IMG/VR virus record: IMGVR_UViG_3300027719_000273
Span: 1-54,738 of that record
Direction: 5' to 3' (one strand)
DNA: 54,738 bases
From: a virus
Lineage: Duplodnaviria > Caudoviricetes
The notes under the pieces are model-generated. The model saw only the letters and a list, made by a program, of their open reading frames with translations. It was not told where the DNA came from and did no database searches. Position 1 is the stretch's first letter. The number at the start of each line of letters is the position of its first letter. A program made the translations under genes and the position numbers. Below, piece after piece: positions 27,049 through 37,279 of the stretch.

Positions 27049-28701
27049 TTATTCGTCGCCTGTGTCGCCGCCTTCGCCGCCTTCGCCTCCGGTACTATTA
27101 AATTCACCGTTAGCAGAAGAATTGTATAACGTGTCCATGGTCGCCTTTTGTTGTGCGTCGCGCTGTGCTTTCATTTCTTTCTGAGCTTGTTTCGGGTTCT
27201 CAATAAACCACAGCAATTCATACAGATAGCTTTCCGGTACAATGTCCTTAAGAATTCTGACAATATCCGCAATTTCCTTATAATTTTGCGGAAGGTTACG
27301 GGTTAAAGTCGTCGCCAGCCAGTCAGCCTGATACAGTTCTACCGGGCTGTCTGCATTGCCCGCCAGAATGTCGTAAACGTCTTCCCTGGCTATCCTGGAT
27401 TCTATAAGGCGCTTCGCATTAAGTAAATCTGTAAGCACCTGGATAAATTGCTTTATAGCGCCCATAAAGTAGATTTCCTTCTTACCTACCTTTATGTCAA
27501 GGTTCGCGTACTTCATTTTTACTTCTGTCGCTGTCGCTCCAGCAAGGTCCTTAAGCTTCGGCGTAAATGTCTGGTCGTATGCCAGATTTTCCAGCCGATC
27601 CAGGTAATGTTCTATTGCGTCGTCTTCCTGGTCCTGGGCTATAAATGACGCGTCGCTGTTTTCGCCTTTAAGTGCCAAGGCACGGGCCTTCCTCATTTTC
27701 AGTACTTCGTCTTCGTCTACATCGACGCCCTTAAGCAATAGGTACTGATCCTGTAAGTATTCGGCCAGGTTTGCCTTGTCGCTTACGCCATGCGCCAGGG
27801 CTTCCAGCAGGCTTAAGACGCCGTTACCCAGATCGGACGTTCCGGCCCTTTTAATGCGTTTTTTATAGCTTGCGGCCTGCCCGTTCACGAATAAGCTTAC
27901 CGGAATACGCCCCGCCAGGTGCGGTACCGGGTTCCCATCATAGACATACAGCCCTTTTTCTTCGTCAGACGCTACCAGGTTTTCCTGATCCATTTCTCGA
28001 TCGTCAAGTTCGAAGCCGTCGCCTGTTTCATTAGCCAAGTAGTAGGTTATATACTTGTCATCGTATACCTCTACCCTGATTTTTGTGGTTACGGTTACGC
28101 CATCAGCAGCTAGTACTTCGTCCTGGTAGTACCGTATAAGCATAATAAAACGGCCCCTGGTATCCATTACCGCGATACATTCATTTACCGGGAATTCTTC
28201 ATAGTCGATATTTCCCTTTTCGTCTACCCAGAATATTACGACACTATAACCCGCTATACCGCCCTGGCGCAGTTGTTCAGCAAGGACACGCTGAGCGTCT
28301 TCCGTCGTAAGCAGTTTTACTATTTCCTTCCGGTACTCTACAACTATGTCCCTTTCGCTTATTTCTCCGGTTTTAGGGTCTGTTACTGCTTCCGGATCTT
28401 CGACAGTCCAGACAGGCGGCTTACCTAGCATATAGTCTACGGGTGTATCTATAATCACCTGGGCCAGATTTACCTGTAATTTGTGTTCGGTTCCGTCGCC
28501 CCTGGCCTTTTTCCGTTCTATTATGGTCGGCAGTTCGCCATCATAGGCAGCCTGAAAGACTTCTACCTGGGATTCCTTTAGGTCTGCCTTATGCTTTTCA
28601 ATAATACGCTTTAACCAGGCGCCGTTATCCTTCGCCCAGTTCGGCGCTGCCAGTATTCCCAGCTGCGATATTGTGCTGGGCGTTTTGCTTACTACGGCCA
28701 T
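27049..28701 (-). CDS. Portal protein, SPP1 gp6-like
   Basis: NLAQVIIDTPVDYMLGKP, TRNLPQN, acidic tail; follows terminase. Confidence 0.92.
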   Translation of the reverse strand: MAVVSKTPSTISQLGILAAPNWAKDNGAWLKRIIEKHKADLKESQVEVFQAAYDGELPTIIERKKARGDGTEHKLQVNLAQVIIDTPVDYMLGKPPVWTVEDPEAVTDPKTGEISERDIVVEYRKEIVKLLTTEDAQRVLAEQLRQGGIAGYSVVIFWVDEKGNIDYEEFPVNECIAVMDTRGRFIMLIRYYQDEVLAADGVTVTTKIRVEVYDDKYITYYLANETGDGFELDDREMDQENLVASDEEKGLYVYDGNPVPHLAGRIPVSLFVNGQAASYKKRIKRAGTSDLGNGVLSLLEALAHGVSDKANLAEYLQDQYLLLKGVDVDEDEVLKMRKARALALKGENSDASFIAQDQEDDAIEHYLDRLENLAYDQTFTPKLKDLAGATATEVKMKYANLDIKVGKKEIYFMGAIKQFIQVLTDLLNAKRLIESRIAREDVYDILAGNADSPVELYQADWLATTLTRNLPQNYKEIADIVRILKDIVPESYLYELLWFIENPKQAQKEMKAQRDAQQKATMDTLYNSSANGEFNSTGGEGGEGGDTGDE

Positions 28702-28852
28702 TATCAATACCCCCTTTCTGTATAGCTGTTTCTGCCACGTCCAGGGTTATGCCCGCAGCTGCTACCATGCTATCATCGTCTATGATAGCTAAAAAATTTC
28801 CCTCTTTGTCTAGGACACGTATCTGATATATTTCCTTATCGGCTATAACCAC
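28625..28852 (-). CDS. Small hypothetical protein
   Basis: GGGGG RBS; between terL and portal, overlapping the portal start. Confidence 0.5.
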   Translation of the reverse strand: MVIADKEIYQIRVLDKEGNFLAIIDDDSMVAAAGITLDVAETAIQKGGIDNGRSKQNAQHNIAAGNTGSAELGEG

Positions 28853-28867
28853 AGTTGCACCCCCTTC

Positions 28868-30571
28868 CTATACGCCCGTCTTACCGCGATCTAGTGCCGA
28901 AGCCTGCCGCTTGTTCGGGTCTGTTATATATTGGGCTGCTCTAAGCAATAAAAAAACGACCGTCGCCAGGTCGTCGTGGGGTATGTGCCCAGGCTTACGC
29001 GGTTCCGCATTGCTGGGTACATACCAGTTTATTTGCTGCTGCTTTTTCGCTACCCTTATCAGCTGTTCAAGCTGCCATTTTACCTCCCGCCACAATTCCA
29101 ACTGCTGCGGGTCCTGCGGCGGCCTTGCTGATATCTTTAACAGGTCGCCCATGCAGTAAGTATAAGCCAGGTACCCCAGCTTACTTTTGTTTTCGTCCCC
29201 GGTCGCCTTGAATTTATAGGCTTCAATCTCCATCTTGCCCCTAAAGTATTCGACCAGGTAATATGCCAATGGTTCACCGATACCTGTAGCATCACATACA
29301 CCGCCAACGGTTCCCCAGTGCTTTAATATTTTCGGTATCACTTCACGGGCTTTTGTGTGTGCCAGTCCTACCCATTCGTAAAAGCATACGGGTATTACCG
29401 TTCCGTCCCGTTCAAGCTCTGCAATGCCCAGCGCCAAGCTGTCACGCTTATTCGTACCTATTTTGGCTGTGTTGCCGTTATTGTCCTCCGCGTTTTCTTC
29501 TTGCCCGGCTACGTCTGTACTGAAAATATACACTTTTCCAGGTTCAGGACCTACGCGCATACTGAAAGTATTGGCATATATCCGCGCCAGCTGTTCACTG
29601 CCGAAGAAACGCCCGATACTGTCAATAAAATTAAGCTTGTACTGGGTCTGTATTGCTATATGATCTTCGCCCAGTCTTGCTACCTGATTCCTATACGCCT
29701 TTTCATAGTTCTTATTACCGGATCGTATTACAGCTTCGGCGTCGACCCTAAATACCAGCTTCGGACGGTACCCCATTTCGTCTTCCACGCGGGCTTCCAT
29801 TTCGTAAGCCTGATTCATTGCCTGGAATATGTGGCTTTCCTTTGTCCATGCGACGCCCCAGAATACCGTCGTTGCATTGTTGTAAGTTCCCATAGGCTGC
29901 GCGTCACGTTCCCATTTATTTGTATCAATGTCCTGGGCTTCGTCACCTTCCAGCAGGGTAAAAGCTGTCTGGCTGGCGACGTTAGCCGAAGGGTTAATAG
30001 ACAAGAAGACGTACTGGTTCGACTGCCTGGGCTTCCCTATGTGGTACTTATAACCGTCCGACTTTTTCCATATCTTCCGGGTTACTACGCTGCCAGCCAG
30101 ACCGCCGCTGTCGTCAGCTTCTGCGCCTTCAAGCCTGTCCATGCTGGCCTGTAACTGTGGCTTATGTACCGGTGCGAATTTTACGCCGGATACCCGCTTC
30201 CCGAAATACCAGCCATACAGTAGAATATACTGCTGGATAAATGCGCTTATTTCGTTCTTTCCAGCTTGCCTGCTTATCATTACCACGAAAAGCCAGCCCA
30301 GACCTTGAATTGCGCTGTATAGTATCGCGTCGGCTATTTCTATCTGATAGTCGTACGGATCATTCCTACGGAAAACGCGCCAGGCTTCCCGTAGGTTTTC
30401 CCGCTTGAATAGGTTGCCAAAGTCACTTATAACCGTGTATGGTACGCCTTCCCTTGCTGCCCTGGCTGTTTTCGGTACTGCGGTTATTACAGGCGCCCCG
30501 CTTACGTCGTCTATTCCTTCCAGGTAATCGAATTCCGTTAGTTTGTACGCGCTGGTCCCGTCGGTTATCAT
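28868..30571 (-). CDS. terL: Terminase large subunit
   Basis: SRQAGKNE Walker A, EGDEAQD Walker B, DVAG, DATGIG, HDD nuclease motifs. Confidence 0.92.
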   Translation of the reverse strand: MITDGTSAYKLTEFDYLEGIDDVSGAPVITAVPKTARAAREGVPYTVISDFGNLFKRENLREAWRVFRRNDPYDYQIEIADAILYSAIQGLGWLFVVMISRQAGKNEISAFIQQYILLYGWYFGKRVSGVKFAPVHKPQLQASMDRLEGAEADDSGGLAGSVVTRKIWKKSDGYKYHIGKPRQSNQYVFLSINPSANVASQTAFTLLEGDEAQDIDTNKWERDAQPMGTYNNATTVFWGVAWTKESHIFQAMNQAYEMEARVEDEMGYRPKLVFRVDAEAVIRSGNKNYEKAYRNQVARLGEDHIAIQTQYKLNFIDSIGRFFGSEQLARIYANTFSMRVGPEPGKVYIFSTDVAGQEENAEDNNGNTAKIGTNKRDSLALGIAELERDGTVIPVCFYEWVGLAHTKAREVIPKILKHWGTVGGVCDATGIGEPLAYYLVEYFRGKMEIEAYKFKATGDENKSKLGYLAYTYCMGDLLKISARPPQDPQQLELWREVKWQLEQLIRVAKKQQQINWYVPSNAEPRKPGHIPHDDLATVVFLLLRAAQYITDPNKRQASALDRGKTGV

Positions 30572-30768
30572 AGCCGCAAGCCTCCCAGCTGGTCTTTATC
30601 TTCCTGGGGTTGGGACTTGTCGCAGTTCGAAAGGCAAATACTGCCGCAAGTACTACAGCGATTACAACCGCTGTACACATTACCCTGCTTTTCTGATAGT
30701 TTGCACGTACTACATATGCAGCCTTTACATCTGTCTTTCTCCTTTTCCAAGTCGTTACCCCCTTTCAC
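30568..30768 (-). CDS. Small Cys-rich protein
   Basis: CKGCICSTC...CNRCSTC; ATGA overlap with terL. Confidence 0.6.
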   Translation of the reverse strand: MKGGNDLEKEKDRCKGCICSTCKLSEKQGNVYSGCNRCSTCGSICLSNCDKSQPQEDKDQLGGLRL

Positions 30769-30785
30769 GTAAAAAACCGGAAGCC

Positions 30786-30911
30786 TTACTTTTTAAGGCC
30801 TGCCAGCTTAATTATCTGGTCATACGTCATATGCTTGTAGTCTATCGGTTTAAGCCCCCTAGCCGCCAGTATTTCCTTTGCCTGCTGTAGAAGACTTATA
30901 GGCTGTTCCAT
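30786..30911 (-). CDS. Small hypothetical protein (41 aa)
   Basis: GGAGG RBS before MEQPISLLQQ. Confidence 0.55.
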   Translation of the reverse strand: MEQPISLLQQAKEILAARGLKPIDYKHMTYDQIIKLAGLKK

Positions 30912-31232
30912 TTTTTCGCCTCCTGTAAATTTGTTGCCAGTTTGTAGAATTGAAGTTTTAAGCCCTGGTATTTTTTGGCAATGTGTCAGGGCCACGTTTT
31001 CGGTTTTTCGTGAAAGGCCCCCACTTGGACAGCGGCCGCCCCCCCATTTCCGGGGGTGGGGGGTGCCCTGGTCGTGTCTTCCAGGCATAAAACAAGCTGT
31101 AAAAATACGACCGCTTAATAGGTAATCAAGACTCTGTATTAAATAATGTATATGCCGAAAGCTTGCAATATAAGGCTTCCATAATTATAAAGTACTTCGA
31201 TTTTTAGCCTTTACTGCAACGATTTACTGCAA

Positions 31233-32006
31233 TTACCCTTTATTTTCTTCCCTGGTCTGTGGTTTACCGCCCCAGGAAATACTTACTTGTCCAAAAGAAG
31301 CGCCCCTTAATTCACTGTTTATCTGTTCCAGGATATTATCGGCGTCAGAATTATCCAAGCCTTTAAGTTTCGCATGTTTATCAATAAGGCGGCTTAAAGT
31401 TTCCATCGCTCTTACCAGCGGCTTATCCTCTATAGTACCAGCATGATAGTAGTGCGTTTTCCTGCTTACAGATTCGCCGTCGTCTTCTTCACTTACGACG
31501 CTGTAGAATACCCTGGTTTCCTTATCCGCAGCTTCCGCGGCCTTTATATCGCCCAGGGCTTGCTTTTGTTCATATACCCGCTGCCACTTGTCTCTATTCT
31601 TGTTAAGATAACTTACTATTTTGGACTTCCATAAGTTTATTTCGAATTCCAGGCCTACGTCCTGTTTTGCGAAGTTATCGAATATTTCCTGTTCGTACGG
31701 AAACAGCGCAGCGCGATACAGACCATGTATAACATTATTACCGCCGCTTCGTTCCTTCCCTTCTTTGGTTTTAGGTCCTGTATTACAACCACCATGATAC
31801 TTACAGCGTCCATATCCCGCGTGACCTGTGCCATATCCGGCGGGAAGCTTACACCTGTTACCCCTTTTTGTGGCCCCACACGCTAACATGGGATTTTTAA
31901 ACTTAATCGTAATAAAATTCAAGTCGTCAGCCTTTTCATTTAAGCGTCTTTTTAGGTTAATGTCGTCTGGGTCGAACGTTTCCGGCCAATTAACTGTCTT
32001 TCCCAT
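31233..32006 (-). CDS. Putative terminase small subunit with HGGxSTG-type domain
   Basis: CGATKRGNRC..GRCKYHGGCNTGPKTKEG, NNVIHGLY; upstream of terL. Confidence 0.7.
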   Translation of the reverse strand: MGKTVNWPETFDPDDINLKRRLNEKADDLNFITIKFKNPMLACGATKRGNRCKLPAGYGTGHAGYGRCKYHGGCNTGPKTKEGKERSGGNNVIHGLYRAALFPYEQEIFDNFAKQDVGLEFEINLWKSKIVSYLNKNRDKWQRVYEQKQALGDIKAAEAADKETRVFYSVVSEEDDGESVSRKTHYYHAGTIEDKPLVRAMETLSRLIDKHAKLKGLDNSDADNILEQINSELRGASFGQVSISWGGKPQTREENKG

Positions 32007-32070
32007 ATATGCGCTGCCCCCTTTCCTCTATTTTGTAGCCGTCGTCGCTATGTATGAATTTCTAGTCGTG

Positions 32071-32109
32071 AAAAAAGCCGGGGCAGCGTCGACGTTTGCT
32101 TTTCCCGGC
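32071..32109 (-). terminator. Intrinsic terminator before the late operon
   Basis: GCCGGG...CCCGGCTTTTTT. Confidence 0.6.
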
Positions 32110-32189
32110 CAATTCCAAATTATGTATTTTATCCGCTTTGACGTAACTACGTCATTCTAACATAAACTTAGCACACTTTTCGGGTCATT

Positions 32190-32591
32190 TCAAGAAAAAT
32201 TTGTCATAATGACAGATTTACCCTTTAAATCGTCTAAAAATGCCCGTCTATCGTCCTCAAAACCGTTCACGTGGTAATACAAATAGTCTATTGCCCAGTC
32301 GCACCGCTTATAGTACTGGTCCTTCGACAACCCTAGAAGGCGCAATGTAAACAGGAAGCCGTCTTTATCAATCCAGCGCGCCCTACAGCAGCGGTAAAGC
32401 ATCTCAGCTTCCCAGCGCATAGACTTAAGCCCCTGGGCTAATATAATCCGGTTCAGCATAGCGCCCGTTATCCCGTCGTCGGGTTTACAGCCACTATTCC
32501 GTGGCATATCATCAACGCCCCTGCTGTCCTCCAGCAGCCCCTGGTAGTTATCCAGCCAGCTGCGAATAACGTCCCTACCAATCATTCCCAT
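32190..32591 (-). CDS. Putative late transcription activator (ArpU/RinA-like)
   Basis: C-terminal HTH-like LLGLSKDQYYKRCDWAI; last gene before packaging genes. Confidence 0.6.
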   Translation of the reverse strand: MGMIGRDVIRSWLDNYQGLLEDSRGVDDMPRNSGCKPDDGITGAMLNRIILAQGLKSMRWEAEMLYRCCRARWIDKDGFLFTLRLLGLSKDQYYKRCDWAIDYLYYHVNGFEDDRRAFLDDLKGKSVIMTNFS

Positions 32592-32599
32592 TTTAACCC

Positions 32600-32795
32600 C
32601 CTAAAATAATATATAAGGGTCGTTTTGAAAGCATAGGGTATTAGAGTAATTTCCAAAGCAAAGAAAAAAAAGTAAATACCCCCTTAAAAAAAAGAATACC
32701 CTTATATATTATATAAATAATAAAATTAAATAAATAAAATAAATATTATTATATTATATAGTGTAGTATTACTTACTTTAGTAAGTAATAGGGTT
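32600..32795. repeat. Second AT-rich element homologous to 4890-5060
   Basis: Exact 21-mer TATATATTATATAAATAATAA at 32703 and 4990, plus shared flanking motifs. Confidence 0.65.
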
Positions 32796-34067
32796 TTACA
32801 AGCCTGTAGGTTCTTTCCTTTTGTCGTCCTTCGGCCCGCGTTCTACTTCGGACGGAAGTTTGATCCGCTTAAGTGTGTCGTCCAGCTCTATTACGCTATG
32901 CGCCAGCCTTTCCACGGTTTGGCTGTTTGCTAGTTTACTGGCTCTTAGTTCTTCTACCGTAGCCCCATATGCGGTTATGACGCCCTGTGCTGCGACTTGC
33001 AGTGTCTTAAACTTAAGGGTCGTATAGCCCACCGGGTCCCCTGCTTCGAAGGTCGGCGCCATGGGTGTAGTTAACAGGTAGTATAAGCGGTTTAGCTTGT
33101 ATATTGGTTCGTACGGGCTTTCACCAGGGGCGCATTGGGCTGGATTGTTATGTATGACTTCTCCTACGGCCTGGGTCAGTGCCGCCAGTTTCGCGCTTAT
33201 GGTCGTGATTACCGCCTTACCCCTTTCGTATACCAGGGCTTCTATTTTCGTGTTCGGTTCCAGCATTGCAACCAGTTCTTTTACATGCGGCGTTATGCTT
33301 ATGTGTGTTACCTCTATCGGTATCATTCGCCCCAGGCCTGCTATAACATCTTTATCCAGCGGTACTTTGGTGCATGGTCCCCAGTCACAGGTCGGATACT
33401 TACTTAAGGCTTTTTCTATCACCTGGAATATTTCCCCATTTGGCTCCAGGCCTTCCCTGTTGCACATTTTCGTTAATGTGTCTTTGCAATAGTACAAAGC
33501 TTCCCTTAGTGTTATATAGTCTGACGCCAGGCGGGTAAAGTCTACAGCTTTGTACGGTCCCATATCTACGGCCTGCTTCGTAAGTGCGACCTGGCGCAAG
33601 TCGGAAAGTGCGCCTATGTGCTTCGTTATTGCTGTGGCCCTGGTGTCGTCGTCTGCATTGCTTATCGCCAGCTGGGTATCACATACCGCCAGGCTGGTCT
33701 TAAAGTACTTAGTTACTTGATTCATAAGCTCGCCTATGGTTTGATTCATCGTCTTTATTACTTCGGCTTGTTCCTGGCAACGGTTATACAACTGCTGCGT
33801 TCTGGCTTTAGGTACAAGGTGCCGCGGGAAGTCTTCGTAGTCGTCCACTATTGTCAGTATGCGGTCGGCTACGGCGTCGCCTACGTACTGGTAGAATTCT
33901 TTCCGGTTTTGGTCTAGTTCTTCCCAAGAAAAAGTAGGGGAAGGTTTCGCGTTCGGCTGGCCTTCGGTCCACCTTATCCATGTGTCCCGGACCAGTGGTC
34001 CCAGCTGCGCCCTATGCAGCGCTGAAATATGTAGCCCCGGCCTGTCTTGTGTTTCCTTGTTTTCCAT
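32796..34067 (-). CDS. Hypothetical protein
   Basis: 423-aa ORF with GGAGG RBS. Confidence 0.75.
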   Translation of the reverse strand: MENKETQDRPGLHISALHRAQLGPLVRDTWIRWTEGQPNAKPSPTFSWEELDQNRKEFYQYVGDAVADRILTIVDDYEDFPRHLVPKARTQQLYNRCQEQAEVIKTMNQTIGELMNQVTKYFKTSLAVCDTQLAISNADDDTRATAITKHIGALSDLRQVALTKQAVDMGPYKAVDFTRLASDYITLREALYYCKDTLTKMCNREGLEPNGEIFQVIEKALSKYPTCDWGPCTKVPLDKDVIAGLGRMIPIEVTHISITPHVKELVAMLEPNTKIEALVYERGKAVITTISAKLAALTQAVGEVIHNNPAQCAPGESPYEPIYKLNRLYYLLTTPMAPTFEAGDPVGYTTLKFKTLQVAAQGVITAYGATVEELRASKLANSQTVERLAHSVIELDDTLKRIKLPSEVERGPKDDKRKEPTGL

Positions 34068-34078
34068 ACAATTACCTC

Positions 34079-34345
34079 CTATCCCTTTCGGTTTAACTCT
34101 TTTGTAAAATGTTCTATGAATTCAGTAAAACTATAGGGGCGGCCGAAGCTTTCCGCTATACATTTACCATTTTTGTACGCCGTAACTATAATGTCCGCTA
34201 TGCTGTCTTTGTGTTTCTTATATTGTCCCTTTAGTTGGTGAACTGTCTTAAATAGCAGGGCTGCGTCGTCGTGATTCATGTCATAGTGTTCCATAAAGTC
34301 CTGTACCGTTTTTTCATTGTCGTCTGGTGTATTTGTGCCTCCCAT
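34079..34345 (-). CDS. Hypothetical protein
   Basis: ORF with RBS in operon. Confidence 0.65.
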   Translation of the reverse strand: MGGTNTPDDNEKTVQDFMEHYDMNHDDAALLFKTVHQLKGQYKKHKDSIADIIVTAYKNGKCIAESFGRPYSFTEFIEHFTKELNRKG

Positions 34346-34357
34346 GCCCTTACCTCC

Positions 34358-34615
34358 TTAGTGGAAGCCGTCCAGGTCTTCCTTTATAGCGTCTATTATT
34401 TCGCTTGCTTCGTTTAGCGTTAATTCATCCAGTGGTACGTTTGTGTATTCGTCCAGGTCATTTCCCGTCTGATCCAGAAGTAGTTCTATGTAGTCCTTCT
34501 GTGGTTCGGTTATCGGCCCGCCGCCTAGGGCTACTGCTAGGTCGTAGGCTTCCTTTTCTGTCAGTGGTTCACGTTGGGCTTTTTCTTGTAGGTCCAGGAT
34601 TCGTTCTACGTTCAT
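34358..34615 (-). CDS. Small acidic helical protein
   Basis: PITEPQKDYI...LTLNEASEIID motif, common in phage proteins. Confidence 0.65.
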   Translation of the reverse strand: MNVERILDLQEKAQREPLTEKEAYDLAVALGGGPITEPQKDYIELLLDQTGNDLDEYTNVPLDELTLNEASEIIDAIKEDLDGFH

Positions 34616-34824
34616 TGTTTACCGTTGCCCCCTTTCTTTTCGTGGCTTTCTGGTGTCGTAGAAAACCAACGTACGCCACCATTTAACGGGATATGGCGGT
34701 TACCCCCGTCTTTAAGCCGTAACCATAGCAGCGCGTTACCGAAGCGTACTTCTGTGGCTTCAAAAGTTTCCAGATATCCGTCGTACCAACGAACATTTAC
34801 TGTAATTAACTGTTTTTCGTTCAT
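34612..34824 (-). CDS. Hypothetical protein
   Basis: Translationally coupled ORF. Confidence 0.65.
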   Translation of the reverse strand: MNEKQLITVNVRWYDGYLETFEATEVRFGNALLWLRLKDGGNRHIPLNGGVRWFSTTPESHEKKGGNGKQ

Positions 34825-35229
34825 TTACTTACCGTCGCCCCCTTCTGCGGTCTGCGTCGCCGTTTGTGCCAGTCTTTCCTTTTTAACACAGTCCGGGCAG
34901 CTGTTGGACGGTACTTCTTCCATAATGTCGTCGCTGTTCATACAAGTTTTAACCAGGCCAGTATCCCGGTCATATACGACGACGTGCTTACGTCTTTTAC
35001 GCTTTATGTCCTCCGGCAGCAGTATAGGTGGCCATGGGACGCCCCAGAAGTCCACGAATACCCCGGCGACGGCGTCGCCTTTCGTTCCCCAGGTTATCGC
35101 CCGCACCGAAGACACTATAACGGTTACAGTACATTCCTTACCGTCGTCGTTTTTCTCATTCACTTGTATTAGCTTGTCAGCCTGTGGAAGCTGGCTGCCT
35201 ATCGGTATCAATACCCTATATTCGTTCAT
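34825..35229 (-). CDS. Hypothetical protein
   Basis: Translationally coupled ORF. Confidence 0.65.
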   Translation of the reverse strand: MNEYRVLIPIGSQLPQADKLIQVNEKNDDGKECTVTVIVSSVRAITWGTKGDAVAGVFVDFWGVPWPPILLPEDIKRKRRKHVVVYDRDTGLVKTCMNSDDIMEEVPSNSCPDCVKKERLAQTATQTAEGGDGK

Positions 35230-35417
35230 AGTCTTAAGCCCCTTTCTTCCAGGTATTTGTTTGCTTTGTCCGTCAGTTTTGCGACTGGTTCCGTAGTATA
35301 GTCCAGTTCCAGGTGGCCGGATTCTTCCAGCTTCTTAAGCATTGCGGAAAGGGCCAGGGTTCCTATCTGGCCCCCTTCCTGTTTGATAATGCATAGCAGT
35401 GCTTCACTGGTTTTCAT
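35226..35417 (-). CDS. Small winged-helix-like hypothetical protein
   Basis: LKKLEESGHLE...KLTDKA pattern; coupled ORF. Confidence 0.5.
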   Translation of the reverse strand: MKTSEALLCIIKQEGGQIGTLALSAMLKKLEESGHLELDYTTEPVAKLTDKANKYLEERGLRL

Positions 35418-36195
35418 TTTTTGTGTATAGCTCTGGTACGAAGTCGGCAGCGTCTAAACGCTTAAAGGCCGCAGTCGCTCCCATAGGGCGGTTAAGCTCT
35501 AACGCCTGCGCTACAATTTCGTCGCTGGGTTCTTCGTCACACCTAACATATGCAATTTCGTTGTTGCTGTCTTTATACATTAAGTAGACACGCCATACGG
35601 GTTCCTTTTGTGAATTATGCGAACGAGTTCCAGCCCTTACCATAGTTCTATGGTATTCCTGCCAGTTTGTACGAAATAGGCCCATGTAGACGACGTCCCA
35701 GTACTGCCCGTTTCGGTAACATTCTTCTAGTACACGGCCTTCCTCTTTAAAGCCCACAGACTGGTATAAGTGCATAGCCCTTTCATTGAAGCTGTAGACG
35801 GTTATCGCTATTTTCCGACAGTTCACTTCCTGAAAGGCTACATACATAAGCAAAGCCATGAGCTGCTTTCCGTAGCCCTTATCGCGGAAGGCCTTACCTA
35901 TGAATAACATAGGATGGGCTGTGTGCGTTATCCAGTTCACAGTAAGGCTACAGTACCCTACTACTGCGTCGTCGATTCTCTGCCGGATCAGAAAGCGTAA
36001 GCCATCCCCTGTTATAACTTCTTCCAGCAGCTTATACGTTCTGGGTATTACAAAGTCCGCGGTACCTTCTATTCCTACCTGTACTTCGTAGTCGTTGTAA
36101 AGCTTGTACAATGCCTGGCCGCCTTCGTCGGTTACTGCGTCCAGGTATAAGTCTTTAGTGTAAAACATTCCCTTACCCCCTTTATTCGTCGTCAT
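35404..36195 (-). CDS. GNAT acetyltransferase (RimJ/RimL-like) with C-terminal extension
   Basis: FRDKGYGK, NERAMHLYQSVGFKEEG. Confidence 0.9.
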   Translation of the reverse strand: MTTNKGGKGMFYTKDLYLDAVTDEGGQALYKLYNDYEVQVGIEGTADFVIPRTYKLLEEVITGDGLRFLIRQRIDDAVVGYCSLTVNWITHTAHPMLFIGKAFRDKGYGKQLMALLMYVAFQEVNCRKIAITVYSFNERAMHLYQSVGFKEEGRVLEECYRNGQYWDVVYMGLFRTNWQEYHRTMVRAGTRSHNSQKEPVWRVYLMYKDSNNEIAYVRCDEEPSDEIVAQALELNRPMGATAAFKRLDAADFVPELYTKNENQ

Positions 36196-37025
36196 ACTGC
36201 TGTAAAAAACTCTTTATTACTTGAAACAATTGCTGCTACCCTACACCATGATCGTTGAAATGCCGCCCAGGTAGGATCTTGAAAGCCATTATCATCCATG
36301 TGTAGCATTGCGAACGGGATAAACCCAGCTTTCAGCGTGTCCTTGCAGCGCTTTTCTGCTTTTTCGAATGTATCCCCTGGGTATCCCATTAGCACATAGC
36401 AGAATGTTTTACGCTTCCTAAGTGTGTATCCGGCTTCTTGTAGTAATTTTCCGGCTATTATAAGCGGCTCGTAATCGTCCACTGTATCATATGCAAAGAA
36501 CATTTGTGCAGTTTTTACCTTTTGCATTAATTCCACATGCCAGGGTTTCAGTAGTTTAGATTCTAGCCCTCCTGAGAATACTGCCCTTTCGGGCTGCTTG
36601 GAAAGCATATCAAACACAGAAATAATATGATCTTTACTATTAAGCAGAAAGTTATCATCCTGTACTATATTCCCTTCGGTAATAGGCAATGGTCTTAGTT
36701 TTCCTGCTCTCTTATGGACCTTACAAAACCAGCAGCTATTATTACAGCCAACGCTTGTTATTACATAACCTTTATGTAAGTACAAACCGGGTACAAATGT
36801 GTCTGTAACCTGATCATATGCTGGGCCTCCGATTTTTACTGGTATGCCTGTTTTATACCAAGCATTTGCCAGACTCTCTGCATAAGGCTTATCGCCTGTA
36901 AATGATACTGATACGTGTATTTCATCAACTTCCGGTACTAATTTGGCTCTCGGATAACCGAAAAACACAAGCGGATCATCTGGAGTACCTTTTGTTTTTC
37001 TTGGAAAAACTCTTGCTATATTCAT
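36192..37025 (-). CDS. Radical SAM-like protein
   Basis: GCNNSCWFC (CxxxCxxC), IGGPA, DDNFL, YVLMGY. Confidence 0.85.
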   Translation of the reverse strand: MNIARVFPRKTKGTPDDPLVFFGYPRAKLVPEVDEIHVSVSFTGDKPYAESLANAWYKTGIPVKIGGPAYDQVTDTFVPGLYLHKGYVITSVGCNNSCWFCKVHKRAGKLRPLPITEGNIVQDDNFLLNSKDHIISVFDMLSKQPERAVFSGGLESKLLKPWHVELMQKVKTAQMFFAYDTVDDYEPLIIAGKLLQEAGYTLRKRKTFCYVLMGYPGDTFEKAEKRCKDTLKAGFIPFAMLHMDDNGFQDPTWAAFQRSWCRVAAIVSSNKEFFTAV

Positions 37026-37039
37026 TTTACTTATACCCC

Positions 37040-37279
37040 CTATTCTTCCGGGCCGTAGATTCCCGCCAGCGCCCCGGCGTTTCTACGGGTTTCTTCGTCC
37101 GATCCTACTAGTAATTTGGCTTCCGCTTGCTTCATTTCGATAAACGCTTTATTCTGTATGTAAAAGTCTGTACAGTTCATGGGATCCGGCGTACAATCCT
37201 TCTTCGCTTTGCCCTTACATTCCCGGCAGCAGGGAAGCGTCCCTGGCTGGTGTGGAAATTCGGATAGCTTTACTTTCAC
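37040..37279 (-). CDS. Small Cys-containing hypothetical protein
   Basis: Coupled ORF. Confidence 0.6.
   Translation of the reverse strand: MKVKLSEFPHQPGTLPCCRECKGKAKKDCTPDPMNCTDFYIQNKAFIEMKQAEAKLLVGSDEETRRNAGALAGIYGPEE

Noticed and set aside
27030-27107. Longer N-terminus for MuF as given in the ORF track
   Set aside because: Overlaps the portal end; a strong RBS supports ATG 27029
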